A DNA stretch of 64,000 nt, from assembly GCA_000708835.1 (NCBI GenBank), contig DF236989.1, positions 124,001 through 188,000 of the forward strand, given 5' to 3'. Both the position numbers and the translations under genes were made by a program. How positions within the stretch are numbered: the stretch's first letter is position 1; the number at the start of each line of letters is the position of its first letter. This document shows positions 25,801 through 37,192 of the stretch, piece after piece. This stretch comes from Klebsormidium nitens (lineage: Eukaryota > Plantae > Klebsormidiophyceae). The notes beneath the pieces are model-generated. The model made no database searches and was not told where the DNA came from. It was given only the letters and a program-made list of their open reading frames with translations.

Positions 25801-27035
25801 CACTTTTCGAAAATCTACAAGCCCTGAAATGCCAAGAAACCCTGACATGACAATTTCTTGCGCAGGCACTGACTCGTGCAACCCGAGCACCCTGCAAGAA
25901 CAACGGCACGTGCTTCGCAGACCCTTCTCGCAATCCCACCACAACGCCCTTTGCAAGAATACCGCTCAATGAAGCTCAACACGCTGAGACCCTTAGTTGT
26001 CTCTGGCGCAGGTACTGACTCCTGCAATCCAAATCCCTGCAAGAACAACGGGACGTGCTTCGCGGACCCTTCCGGCACCCGTCAGCCTACCACAGGCAGT
26101 ACCGGCTACTTCGAGTGTCAATGTCAAGGGAACTGGCAAGGGAGCACGTGCGAATTGGCGTAAGCACCGGCCTTTCATCCAGTTTCTGCGAAGTGGACCG
26201 TATTACTTCGGGGTTATACAGGACGAGATCTCTTGAGGGCTCACTTGGCTTTCAAAAGAGCGTAGTGAGATGTTTCCATCACGGCGACCCGATGCCCGAA
26301 AGCTCACGTGTGCTGTCGCTTACGAAAGCCACGTGGCTTAGAATCTGTCGTCGATGTCCGTGATGCGAATGTTGCCGAAAGCAACGTGGGACAGCCGCCC
26401 GTTCTTGCTACTTTTGGAGTTCCGTGACCTCGATCCGTCTTTCAAAAGCAATTGTCGAGGGAGATCTTCTGGAACTGAAACCTGACGGAAGCTCTCCGAC
26501 TTGACAAAATGTTGCATCGGCAGAATCGCACCCTTCGTTTTTTCACCCCGTGGTCGGCGAGGAAAGCAGTCAACCGAACCCAAAGTAAACGGTTTTAGAT
26601 GGTGTTTTGTCTATATCCGTCACACAACATGCTTTTATTTGTCATAACGATCCACTTCCCCTTTTGTTGCATTCCGTTTGGCTTGCTGACCAGATACCTT
26701 CCTCCTCTTTCGGTCACTATCTGGATGCATAAGCCGAAATTGTGGCGACGATCCTACAGCTCGCTTGCGTCAACTTCTGCGGGGCTTTTTTGGCGTCTCA
26801 GCTGGGTTGTTGAAAATGCGCCGAAAAGTTATCAGCTCAATCCCGCCTCCGTTGAAGACTCTGATGTTCGCTTGGGAACCGGAAATACAGAAAAACAAAG
26901 CGATTTTGTGTTCGCAGTTATCCGTCACCACCTGCAACCCTCAAGAGTTCGGGGTTCTCGCCGCTCCAACGAGTACATTGGCTAGGCATCACAACTTTTA
27001 GTGCTTTGCTAGCCGGTTTGGCACTGCAGATTTAG
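22892..27035 (+). CDS. Small secreted protein with two EGF-like modules and a predicted GPI-anchor signal (4 exons, ~194 aa)
   Basis: Exons 22892-23078, 24446-24577, 26012-26159 and 26918-27035 are in phase (585 nt). Signal peptide MAAIALVLALSASAAVMG. Divergent EGF-like module CAPNPC..C..GGTC..CQC..C. Canonical EGF module DSCNPNPCKNNGTC..FECQCQGNWQGSTCE. C-terminus PSPPATLKSSGFSPLQRVHWLGITTFSALLAGLALQI*. Confidence 0.8.
24285..24400 (+). repeat. Two decayed copies of the acceptor region of EGF-gene exon 2
   Basis: ttacctcaggc...cggtcttcc at ~24291-24317 and ttacctcaggc...tggtcttcc at ~24369-24396 precede the real tttcctcag|gc acceptor at 24445. Confidence 0.75.
25510..25930 (+). repeat. Three decayed copies of the acceptor and 5' half of the EGF exon at 26012
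   Basis: gcgcag|gcactgactcgtgcaacccgag...gcaagaacaa(c/t)ggc(a/c)cgtgctt(c/t)gc(a/g)gacccttc at ~25630-25700 and ~25860-25930, plus a partial copy at ~25515-25555. Confidence 0.9.
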
Positions 27036-28066
27036 GCAGACGGTTTGCGAGAACTTCGTTTCGAGTTGTGCTTACTTACGTACGAGAGCCTGCAGAAAGC
27101 GTGCCCTGCTGAAGTTAAAGACATGCGTAGCTGTACATAGCCAGGTAAACGTTCAGCTTGGTGACCAGGAAAGGCGACCGAAAATGACGCAGCAGGTAAT
27201 CGATTTGTGCGGTTTCTGGATGTGTAATTTTGACAGGCAACAACTTTCATGTATGTTGCTTTTGTGGAGGCGTTTAGTGGCAGGTAGGACAGGCAAAAGA
27301 GCAACTAACGCGAAAGCAAATGAGAGTAGGAACCGCGTTGCATGGATATCGGACTCAAATTACTGACTACTCCTCCAAGCTGGCATGCGACACTGAAGCT
27401 TGCACCTGTCACAAGCATGCATATCATCAACTTCTGCAGATGTCACACAAGCCGGTATGCACATGTGTGATCGACACCGTTGTGGGCGACGGCGTCCCGG
27501 AGCGTCATGATGTTAACACGTATGGCAATTTATGCACTATTTCATCATCTTGGCATAACGCCACAGCTCAATTTCAGCTTTTCAAATATGAATCAGGATA
27601 TAGTTGCATGCATGGTTTTAGTACAAGTTATATCGAAACGCTTATCATGGAAGACCATTAAGAAGATCGACAGAACATAAATGCTCATGCAGCCTCAAAC
27701 TATTCTGAAAGCGGCCGGCTGTTTCCAACTCTGTGACGTGTAGGCCCTACTACTACTAAACTTTACAGTTCAGACTTTTCAAATTGAATGCAGTATACCG
27801 TAGGTTAGAAGGTGTAGGAGTAATCCTGCGCCCGCCATGAGCGTCGGACTCGACTAGTATATTGATGGTGACCGTACGGAGACACGGTTGCGCCACTCGC
27901 GCGATCGCGCATGACGTGTAATGACCATAACGAGACAACCTCAAAGATCCTGCAGTGGTGTGCAGTGTAAGAGTCTGCAAACTTCGAAGCTTGGTCGTGC
28001 TCTTAACAAACGACAGCGCCGCTCCATCAATCAGTGCAAGCATCTTTGAGAAAAAGCGTGCTCGAC

Positions 28067-31000
28067 TTATTGGGCGGTCAAAGCTGGGGATGTCCTGGGC
28101 GTGACCCATTTTGAGTAGGTTTGTGTGCCGTGGCTCTGCTTTCGTATGAGCTTGATGAACGCACTAAGATACTGGAGCTTATCCCGCACTTCCTGCGGGA
28201 TGCTCGCACGGTCTGATAGCGTATACTTGGAGCCGCCCATCTTGGCACCAGGCGGCCAGAACTCGACGCTTGCCCCGTCGTTGGATACGACCATCTGCAC
28301 AAGCACGGAAGATGGGACTTGAATAAACAGAGGAGACGAAGCCATGTCCTTTTCGCATGAAAGTACGTTCTGAGCACCTCATTGGCTTCAGCGAAAGAGT
28401 TCTGGTTTCAGTCGTGGACGAAATGGAACACAGAGAGCCCAAGTCAGCATGGAAGATGGAGGGAACAGGCTTCGACAACCAGGCCGCATAAGAGAAACAA
28501 TCCCCTGTTCGTAAACAGCAATCGCGAATTTGGCGGATGACATTCAACAACCGTTGTTCGACTGGTCACTAAAAGAGCTGAAAAGAGCCCGTTTTATGCT
28601 CGGGACACTAATAGACGAGTTGTCCTCACTGTTCTACCAGAAAAGCTTCCATACCAGAACTGCACCGGACCACAATACACTCTCAACCGAGAATCGCAGG
28701 CTTCGACTGGCGAGGTCCGAAAGCAACTAACCTGGCAGTCGTCCAGGTAATGCATAAGCAGCTCCCCCGACTTCAGCCGGATGGCCCACCCCACGCCCGG
28801 GAAGTACGCGCTCTGGCGACCATTCGCACTGTGCGGCCCTTTCCCTGGTCGCCCACTGAACCTCTCTCGGCCCACGTTTCCACCGCCGTCTGGCTCTGGG
28901 GGATCCCCCGTCTTTGCCGTGTCCAGTCCCGGCCGACGGCTCCACGTGCTCTGGCGATCATTCGCACCGTTCGGGTCCTTCCGGGGTCGGCCAGCCGCGC
29001 CGTCGAGCTGAGGGGGATCCCCCTGCCTTGCCGTGTCTGACGCTGAGGGAGGGCTCAGGAAGTCCCGCGTGTTTTGGGATAACGGAAGTGGGCTTTCCGG
29101 GAGGCTAGGAGGTGAAGAATGGCTTGCGGAGGGACCGGGGAGTGCTGAAGATGAGCCCCGGTTAGCCGTAACCGACGAACCCTGGTTAGCAGTAACCAGA
29201 CGGTTCGACGCGACGTAGCTACGGGCGTCCTCCCGGGCAGGGGACCGTTCCGCTTTCCGGAGCTCGACAGGAACGGAAAGGCCCTCGAAAACCGGGTCCT
29301 CTGAGCGCCCGTCGTGCCACGTGTCAGACGACGGGCTCGCCGCAGGCAAGGTCCGCCTTGCTCCGCTCAGGTGCTGCCACGAGTCAGACGGGGGATCTGC
29401 CGAATGAAAGTCGGAAGGCTCCCGGTTCGCTGCGCTCAGGTCCTGCCACGTGTCAGAGAAGCTCCTCGCCGAGGGGGGGTCTAGCGGCGCCTGTGATTGC
29501 CCAAGTCGCTGACCCCCTGAATGGTCTGTACGGCGGTCCAAATCAGGGTCCTTGTAAGAGCCTGAGAGCTTTTCCGCCTCGCTCTCACCAGCGGATCCCT
29601 CCTGGGAATGCATGTGGCGAACAGTTGCTGAATGCTGCACTTTCGCTTCTGGAAGTCTGCTCCTCGGCCGCACCTCCCCTCGATCCTCAAACACTTTGAA
29701 GCCTTCCCCGATTACCGGCAGCCTCCGTCTCTCACTCTCACTGCTTTTCAAGCTTCCCCCGATCGGCCCCGCTGACCCAAACCGATCCGCCCTCCTTCGC
29801 ACGCCATCCAACACCCCTGACCCCCTCTGATCCCCTTTCGCCTTCTCCACGCGCCTCGCAGTCTGCGCATCCGCCGGCGGCCTGTTGCTGACGTCAGCCA
29901 GCACACGTGCCGGCTGGTCCCTCTGCTGCCTGCCGACGTCACCCGCCGCCGTCCCCGCTGCGCTCCTTGCCGCCCGTTCCGCTCCCCGCTCGATCGGACC
30001 AGCGGCGTTCCGCAGCTCTTCCGACCCGTTCCGTTTTGGTCGGGGAGGCCGTTCCGCTCCTTCAGGAGCGAACGCTTCTTCCACTCCGGCCGATCTTCTC
30101 GCGGAGGCCTCACCGGTTGGCAGAATCCTTCCGACGCGCTGCTCAACTGCCACGTGGCGTCTGACGTCATCCAAGCTCCGCTCCAACCCCTCCTGCCGCC
30201 GTTCCACCGCCTCCGTTCCTAGAACGTCACGTCGATCCTCCGGTGCCGGTCTTTCTTCCGAACTAGCATGGCGAAGCCCCGACGGCCGACGCTCTCGATC
30301 GTCCAGCTCTGCCACGTGTCCAAACGGAGTTGGCCGCCCACGTGCCGCGAACGGGTGGAACGGCTGCCGTTCTGCCACGCGTTCGAGCGAGCTGCCGTCG
30401 CGAGTGGAAGGCGTCTCCGGCAGGGAGGGGCTCGGAGACAGCGGCGAAGACGGCGAGTGTGGCAGCGCACGTTTTAGAATGGGCGCCGGGGCGTGCTGCG
30501 ATTGAGATGGGAACCGGGGACCCGGTTGCAAATGCGAGGACGCTTCAGACGACGACGCGAACGAGAGCTCCTGCGCTGACGCGACGCTGACGTTGGCGGG
30601 CAAGAGTGACGTGTGCAGTCCCTGGACCGCCGCCACGAGCTCCGCAGCGCGCTCCACCTCGGCGGGGGGCGCCGCGGCAGCCAGCGCCACAGTCGCGTCG
30701 GCACCCCCCCGCGGCGAAACCGTCTTCAAGCGCGCGCTTCGCGCCACGAGGGGGAACGTTTTCGGGGGCTGCCGGGCGAGCGCTCGCGCCTCCGCCTCTG
30801 CGCACTTTCGCTGGCACCGGCGCGCCTGGGAAAGGACCTCCCAAAGCCACGTGTCATCCGGGCTTGGCTGCCACGTGTGACTCGGAGAAGCCTGGAAGTC
30901 AGTCGGCCGGGAGTGGAGGCTTGGGAGCGTTACGGGGGCGCCGTTTGGGGGGGTAACGGTGATTTTTCCGGAAGCGGCGTCGACTTGGAGGAGCGCGGTG

Positions 31001-34000
31001 GGGCTGCAGTCGGTGAAGCAGACTTGGAGGTCGCCATTCTCCATGCAGGTGGCCTGGCCCCGTTCAAAGATGTAGATCACCTGAGGAGGTCGAAAGTGAA
31101 GAGAGTGATGTACTGATGTGTAGAATTGCCACTCAACGTCAATGAGGGTTTAAGCATATGGCGACGTCCCATGGAACGTCAGGAATATTGAAAGCACAGA
31201 AAGAATTCGCGCCCACTTTTGCTAAGAAACAATCCAAATGGACGTTCCTGAAGCGGGGACAGCTTCGAGAAATCTCTTGGCGTTAGTCGCTCTCTTGAAC
31301 TTTAAAAGGGTGACGAAGCAGGAAAAATGGAGCTCTCCTTGCTAATGCCTGCCCCGTTTAACTAACTATCTCGATAATAAGAGAAGCGTTACATTGTCAC
31401 CCGACTCACTTTCGGAGTAGCGCTCGCGACGAGGCCCACAAACGCCGCCGCGTGAGCGTAGTGCATCAGCAGAGCGTCCGGCAGGGCTGGAAATCGGTAC
31501 GTCTTCCCCGGACGTCCAGCCTGCTCCACCTCCACCTCGAGCCCGTCCGTCGACACCGTCAGGACGCTTCCCCCGGGGCCCGTATTGTGGACCTACAAAA
31601 TTAAAAATGGCACTCAGTCTTTAGACCCTGGGTTCCAAAACCGGCCACCGTATGAGCTTTTTAGTGTCCAGCCGGTATGAGACGGGGAGAAAAGCCGAGT
31701 TCCTTGTTCCAAACCTGCAAGTTTGGAATTCCATAATGACTTTGTTTCCCGTTTCTAAAGATCCGACCATCCTACCCTTCACAACTCGGGTTCAACGACT
31801 GGCTTTCCTTGAAGAATTGTTTCGGTTTCACTAGACATAGTTACCGCTGATAAACACCAGTCCGTGGTTGCAGATTGGTTTCTGAGCCAGCTTTCCTCCG
31901 GCCCAACAGCGACCTCTGTAGTCCATTGCGAACTAAGTGGTCGATTCCGGGTCCTTGAAAACATCTCATTTGGTTCCAAAACGGGTTCACCACTGACCTG
32001 CACTCGCCCGTCCTCCAGAATCGCGAGCGACCCGTACGACGTCTCGTGCCGCAGGGCCTTCAGGCGGAGCGTGCTCAGCGGGCGTGTCGGCAGCTGCGTC
32101 GCGCCAGGGGGGCTCCGACTCGGCACCGCGGAGCTTGCTCTTAACCCCCCCGGATCGGAACTCGCGGTCCCGGGCCGTGAACTACTGCCCTGCGGCCTTG
32201 CATCTGAGCCCCGCGATTCGGACGCGTTCTGTTCCGTTCGTCGGTCCGTCCGCCGTTCCGTTCGTACGTCCGTCCGCGGAGCAGTGCCTGCCGAAGCTTC
32301 ATTCCGTGGCGGGCCTGAGGCACGTGACCACAACCGCTCTCCCTCCGGAGTCCTCTCCCGCAAGCCGCTACTCGCCATTCCATGGTCGACCCAAACCCCC
32401 TCGGTTCTCCCGAAACCAGGGTCGCTAAATCCAGTGACCTCCATTCTCCCTGCACTCGCACTACTTTCACTGAGCCCTCTTTGCGTTTCCCGTTGCCCCT
32501 CACTTCTGTGCTCCCGCGGGTGGCTCTGTGCCGGGACTTCGTTCCTGAGGGCCCGCTGCCCGTCCCACTTGCCGCTTCTCTCCACCGCCCCTGACATTTC
32601 GGACTGGTTCAGACCACCTTCGCTCCGATCTTTACGGTTACCTCTCCCCGATCCGCGTTCTTCAACCCTGTCTCCCTCGTACAACCGCTCTGCGCGTTCG
32701 CGTTGCTCCACTGTGTGCAAGCTCTCAGGGGCGAAGTTCGTTCGAGGCGAAGCGGTGCCACTGCGGGTTGCTTGCGAAGCACGATCGCTTTCGCTTTCTG
32801 GAGGGGTTGCTTGCCGTGTCGAAGGGCCGACTAGGAAAGGGTGGGACTGGATGGCGGGGAGGGAGAGTCGCTGGGCAGGGTTCTGCAAGTGAAAAGGTGG
32901 GGAGTCAAGTCAGAAGTTTGCCTGGCCAATGTATCGACGTCCGAGAAATTGCATTCGCGACAAGATCAGAAGAATCGAGTCAGCCAGACTGGAACAAACA
33001 GAAAACCTCAGAAAGAAGGTGCACTAGCTTCGCTAACAGCAGACTCTAAGTGTTCTATAGCCACTCAACTCATCTTTCCGTCAAGAACGGTTCCCTTGCC
33101 TTCATCAAGGCATCATCCTGCTCAAACCTCATCCGGTTTTGACCTAAGAGAAGAATGAAGGACAACCGACATTTGTTCACCTTTTGTAATAGCTGGCTGA
33201 TCAGATCTGCCGCCTCTGCAGGTAGTTGTCGTGGTAGCAGGTAGTCAGCGCACCCAACCCTCTGCAGAGTACCCCTTACAGCATCGCTCTGCACAAAGCA
33301 GTGGACGTATATTAATACCCCGCAAACTCCCAGGTAATCAGCCAAACACAATAATGCGTGGGTTACCCATAGTACGGAGCCGCAATGGCGCAAGCAAAAC
33401 TGAAACTCGGGGGGGTACTCTTTCCATGGCACGTTACAACCTCGAAAGAAAATGCGGATTAATCTTAGTGGATTCTGTTACAAAACGGATCATAAATCTC
33501 CATCTAGGAGGTTGTTCGCTCTTACATCTTTCTTTGATTCAGTTAAGCTCAGAGCAACTCTGCACTGGTGATCTGTAAGGAGCACGACGAGGACAGTGTG
33601 GTGAAAATGGTGCAGCTCAGATCTGAACCAGGCACCTCACCTGAAACGGCGGGGTCCCTGTCAGCAACGTATAGAGCGTCACTCCGAGGGACCACAGGTC
33701 CGCCCCCAGCGAGTACGGCTGCTGCTCGACAATCTCCCTGCACAAGGATCGCGATTTTGAGTCAAGAAACTGCTCAGAGACCAGGATCCACACTATTCTC
33801 GAATTGAGATCTGTGGTAACTGTGGACAAGCAAACGGGCACGTTATGAAAGAAGACTGCTTCATTACACGGATAAGACGAGACTTGGTGCCCTTGCCCTG
33901 TGTTCCGGCCTATTGGATGGACTCCAACGTGGAGCGGGCAGAGGAGAAGGGCCTGACTCACGGGCACATGTAGTTGGGCGTCCCGCAAATGGTCCGCCTC

Positions 34001-36021
34001 TCAGGATCGTTGGCACCGATTGCAGCAGCTAACCCGAAGTCTGCTATTTTCTGTGGAGCCAAGAAACAATCAGTGTCAAATATGGAGGTACTGATTCAGT
34101 AGCTGGTCTGAGGACCACGTACATGTGGTTCTATATATGAGAAACAAAATAAGAACTTCGTATTTTCCAGGGAGCTTGTCGACTTTCAACTGGCACTTGA
34201 CGGGATGGTCTGCCAATAGTACCTAAGAGCTGAACACTACTCCTTCCTGCCAAATCTTCCCTAAGACAGCGAATCCTGGGAAGCAATGCATTGAAACATT
34301 TGCATGTTTTGCACCGTTTTCACAAATGGCCACAGCCAAGGCATTCCTGGACGTACCAGAGTGTTATCAGCGCTCAACAGGAGGTTGGAGAGCTTCAGAT
34401 CCCGGTGCAAGATTGAGTGGCCATGGAGGTACGCAACCCCGTCCACTAGCTGAGAGAAGAAAGAGCGCGCTGTGGCGGCGTCAAAGCGGCCATGCTGCAA
34501 GAGAGTGTGCATGTCAGCGGAGAGCTTTGTGTAGCAGAAGAGCAGTCTAGCTTACAAACTGTTCACTGAGCTGTGACCTGCCGTGCCCTGGTCATGTGAA
34601 GACTGGCTCTTACGAAGTTGAGGGAGCCTTGCTTTCTCTCACTTGATTGCGTTGGCCCCTCCACTACAAAGTTCTGCATCCTTTCTCAACATGCCCTTTG
34701 TGAGGATTGCATACCTTCTGCCTCGAAGGTGGTAATCTCGACTCTGACCAATGAGAGATATAGGACCAGATGCTAGAGTGCACCATATCAAACAAATTTA
34801 TGGGATGGAAATCTTACCTTGTGCAACAGGGCCAAGAGCTCCCCATTCTTGCACAGCTCCATCACCAGGTACCTGAGAAGGTGCACATTGAGTCAGCATA
34901 GTCTTTCGGTGCCAGAGCATCCTCCGAGCAATCACCATGTTGAAAGCTGATGCATGCACTGAAGAGGGGACTGGGTCTTCATCCTAACTTGCATCTAAGA
35001 GCAGGTAAAATGGTGCAACGACAGCTCCACCTTTGTATGGCTTCACCTGAAGGGTGCCACTAACGTACAGATATGATCCCTCAGTGCGCGGCGTTTCTGC
35101 GGTTGCACAAGCATGAGAAGAACCAATCTGGAAGGTCAGCCAGCCTTTGGAACCTGGGATCGTAGGCTCACACTCGACGGTCATCTTCAAAGTACTCGTA
35201 CAGTTCCACAATGTGGGGGTGCTGCAGCTGGCAGTGGATTTCCACCTCCCTTGTGATGCGATCCAGCAGGCCCTGGTTGTGCAGCAGCTCCTTGCTGATC
35301 TGAGAACGTAAGGTAAAGCCCTTTCAGTGCTTTGCTGGCCAACTTAGCTTTCTCACCTTCCATGTTAAGATGAATTGATGCATGACAGCCCTGTTCTTGA
35401 CAGCAATGCTCTCATACATGGTAAATGCCCTCAACCAGTGCTGCCCACGCCATTACTGCTAAGCCCGTGCTAATCTGAAGCACGCCTTCTATTCCCAGTA
35501 AAAGCGGAGGCTGAAGAAACAGCATTCCTGCCTCTGCCACATCAGCAGATATGGAGGGAGAAGACTGGTAATGTGGTAGACGAGCTTGGCCCTGGATCTT
35601 TTCTACTTATCAATCGAGAAAGCTTGTCTTCTCAAGGTGAAGGCTCATAGATCTCACTTACCATCTTGATGGTCACAAGCTGACCAGAGTGCTGGCACTT
35701 TGCCTCATAGACATCCCCAAAACTGCCCCGCCCAAGCAGGCGGCCAATGTGGTACGCCTGCATGCGCAGCACTGTTTTACCCGCTCCGCTCTTGATTTTA
35801 CCGGCAGCATCAGTAGGTGCAGACTATCAAGCATTAGTCTCACTGATCAACAAGTACGTAAATTGCATCAAAGACTGGTATGAGATGGTTAGACCCGATC
35901 AAGTGATGTATGCTGAAATGACCAAACCTCTCCCTTTCCAACAAGAAACAAACTTAATTGGCTTTCAATGGCAGCCAAACGTTTGAGTCCTCACATCGAT
36001 CGTGCGCCCGTACAGCGTCAT
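28067..36021 (-). CDS. PLK4: Polo-like kinase 4 (SAK) with cryptic polo box and PB3 (12 exons, ~1460 aa)
   Basis: Exons 36021-35995, 35757-35662, 35299-35172, 34872-34818, 34494-34357, 34050-33962, 33737-33641, 33288-33181, 32882-31998, 31592-31410, 31080-28732 and 28294-28067 are in phase. Kinase motifs: [39 protein letters not shown]. Cryptic polo box: [41 protein letters not shown]3: [15 protein letters not shown]. Confidence 0.93.
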
Positions 36022-36307
36022 TGCAATCCTGGTCTACCTTCAAAGCAGTGCACTGCCCTGTTGTTGCAGCGTGCCTAAGCCTTCCATCTGCCAAGGATGA
36101 ATTGCCAGCCAATGATCAAGTTTGATTCGCTCTTCCTATTTTTTTACTTTGGCCCTGAGCAGACAACTGAAGCACAACGCTGTAGTGTATGCTCTTTGGT
36201 GCCGCTTCACTTGTCCACCTCTTGCACTTTCCCAACTCTTTGCTAAAATCGCAGAGCGCTCTGCAGAATGATGACATTAGTGTAGCATAGGCCCTAACTT
36301 GTTTTAG

Positions 36308-36316
36308 AAACCCTAG
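36308..36316 (+). promoter_or_regulatory. Telo-box-like motif in the divergent PLK4/pirin intergenic region
   Basis: AAACCCTAG at 36308-36316. This is a motif match only and function is inferred. Confidence 0.3.
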
Positions 36317-37192
36317 GAAGCGGAAATTGTAGTCATTTGCCCCCCAATGTTCCCAGGGCCACTGGCCAACTTTGATTCTCGTCCTATCAATGACAAGTTG
36401 TACTCGTCTTCAGAACGAGCGCAGACCGATGCTATGCCCTCCGCTATTGCCTCGAGCCTTTCATGCATCTGCGTTTGCAGCACCTTAGGTACCCCGAAAC
36501 TTCAGCCCACGCAGGGAGCGGGTGGTCACATGATTCACACAAGGGGCTTGTGAAGACTGGCGCAGAGCGCTCAGCTTGATCAGAGAAGGAAAACTTGTGA
36601 ATCGCAACAGAGAGACAAATGATGTCAACAGTCACGATGTTCACGAAGACGAATTTTCAATTTGAAAGATCTTCCCGCTAAAACGGCTCCGCTGATCGGC
36701 AGGTTTCGACGATTCAAATCGAAGCGCTCGCCCGGGCATCCATGAGCTGCAATTGAGTTAAGGCTTCTACCACCCGGTAGAAATCTCGTCGAAAAACGAT
36801 GATCGTGACGTCAGGAACGTCCAAAAGCAACGTCATAGCAAATCTTTGCCGACGGCTCTGATTGGCTGGAGATTGGACCCAGCTGGGATTCTGGAAGCTT
36901 TGCTCTGTTTACGCCCGTTTACCTGCATTTCCACCTGTTTCCATGGCTTCCTGATCGGAGAGAGCACAACGGTGAAGATGTAGGTCAGAATCAGAAGGCG
37001 TTGTCGCTCACTTCCACGTTTCTCCAGCAACGCCTAGGTTCTACAGGAGCTTTCGGAGAGCGCCTAAGCAATGCTGTAGGGGAGATTCCTGGGGGTATAA
37101 ATAGGTGCATGGCGAAAGGGAGAACTCAACAAAGGCAGCACAATAAGTCTTTCGCTTGCAAACGCAGTCACTTACTCATCACGTTTCTTGTC

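Noticed and set aside
28594-31080. 828-aa ORF as an independent gene or transposon protein
   Set aside because: It is exon 11 of PLK4 (cryptic polo box end, linker, PB3 start) running on into the intron after 28732.
29885-32892. Long + strand ORFs (e.g. 31864-32892, 29885-30505) and similar antisense ORFs over 6PGD and cbiA exons
   Set aside because: These are shadow ORFs of GC-rich coding exons, with no independent motifs or splice support.
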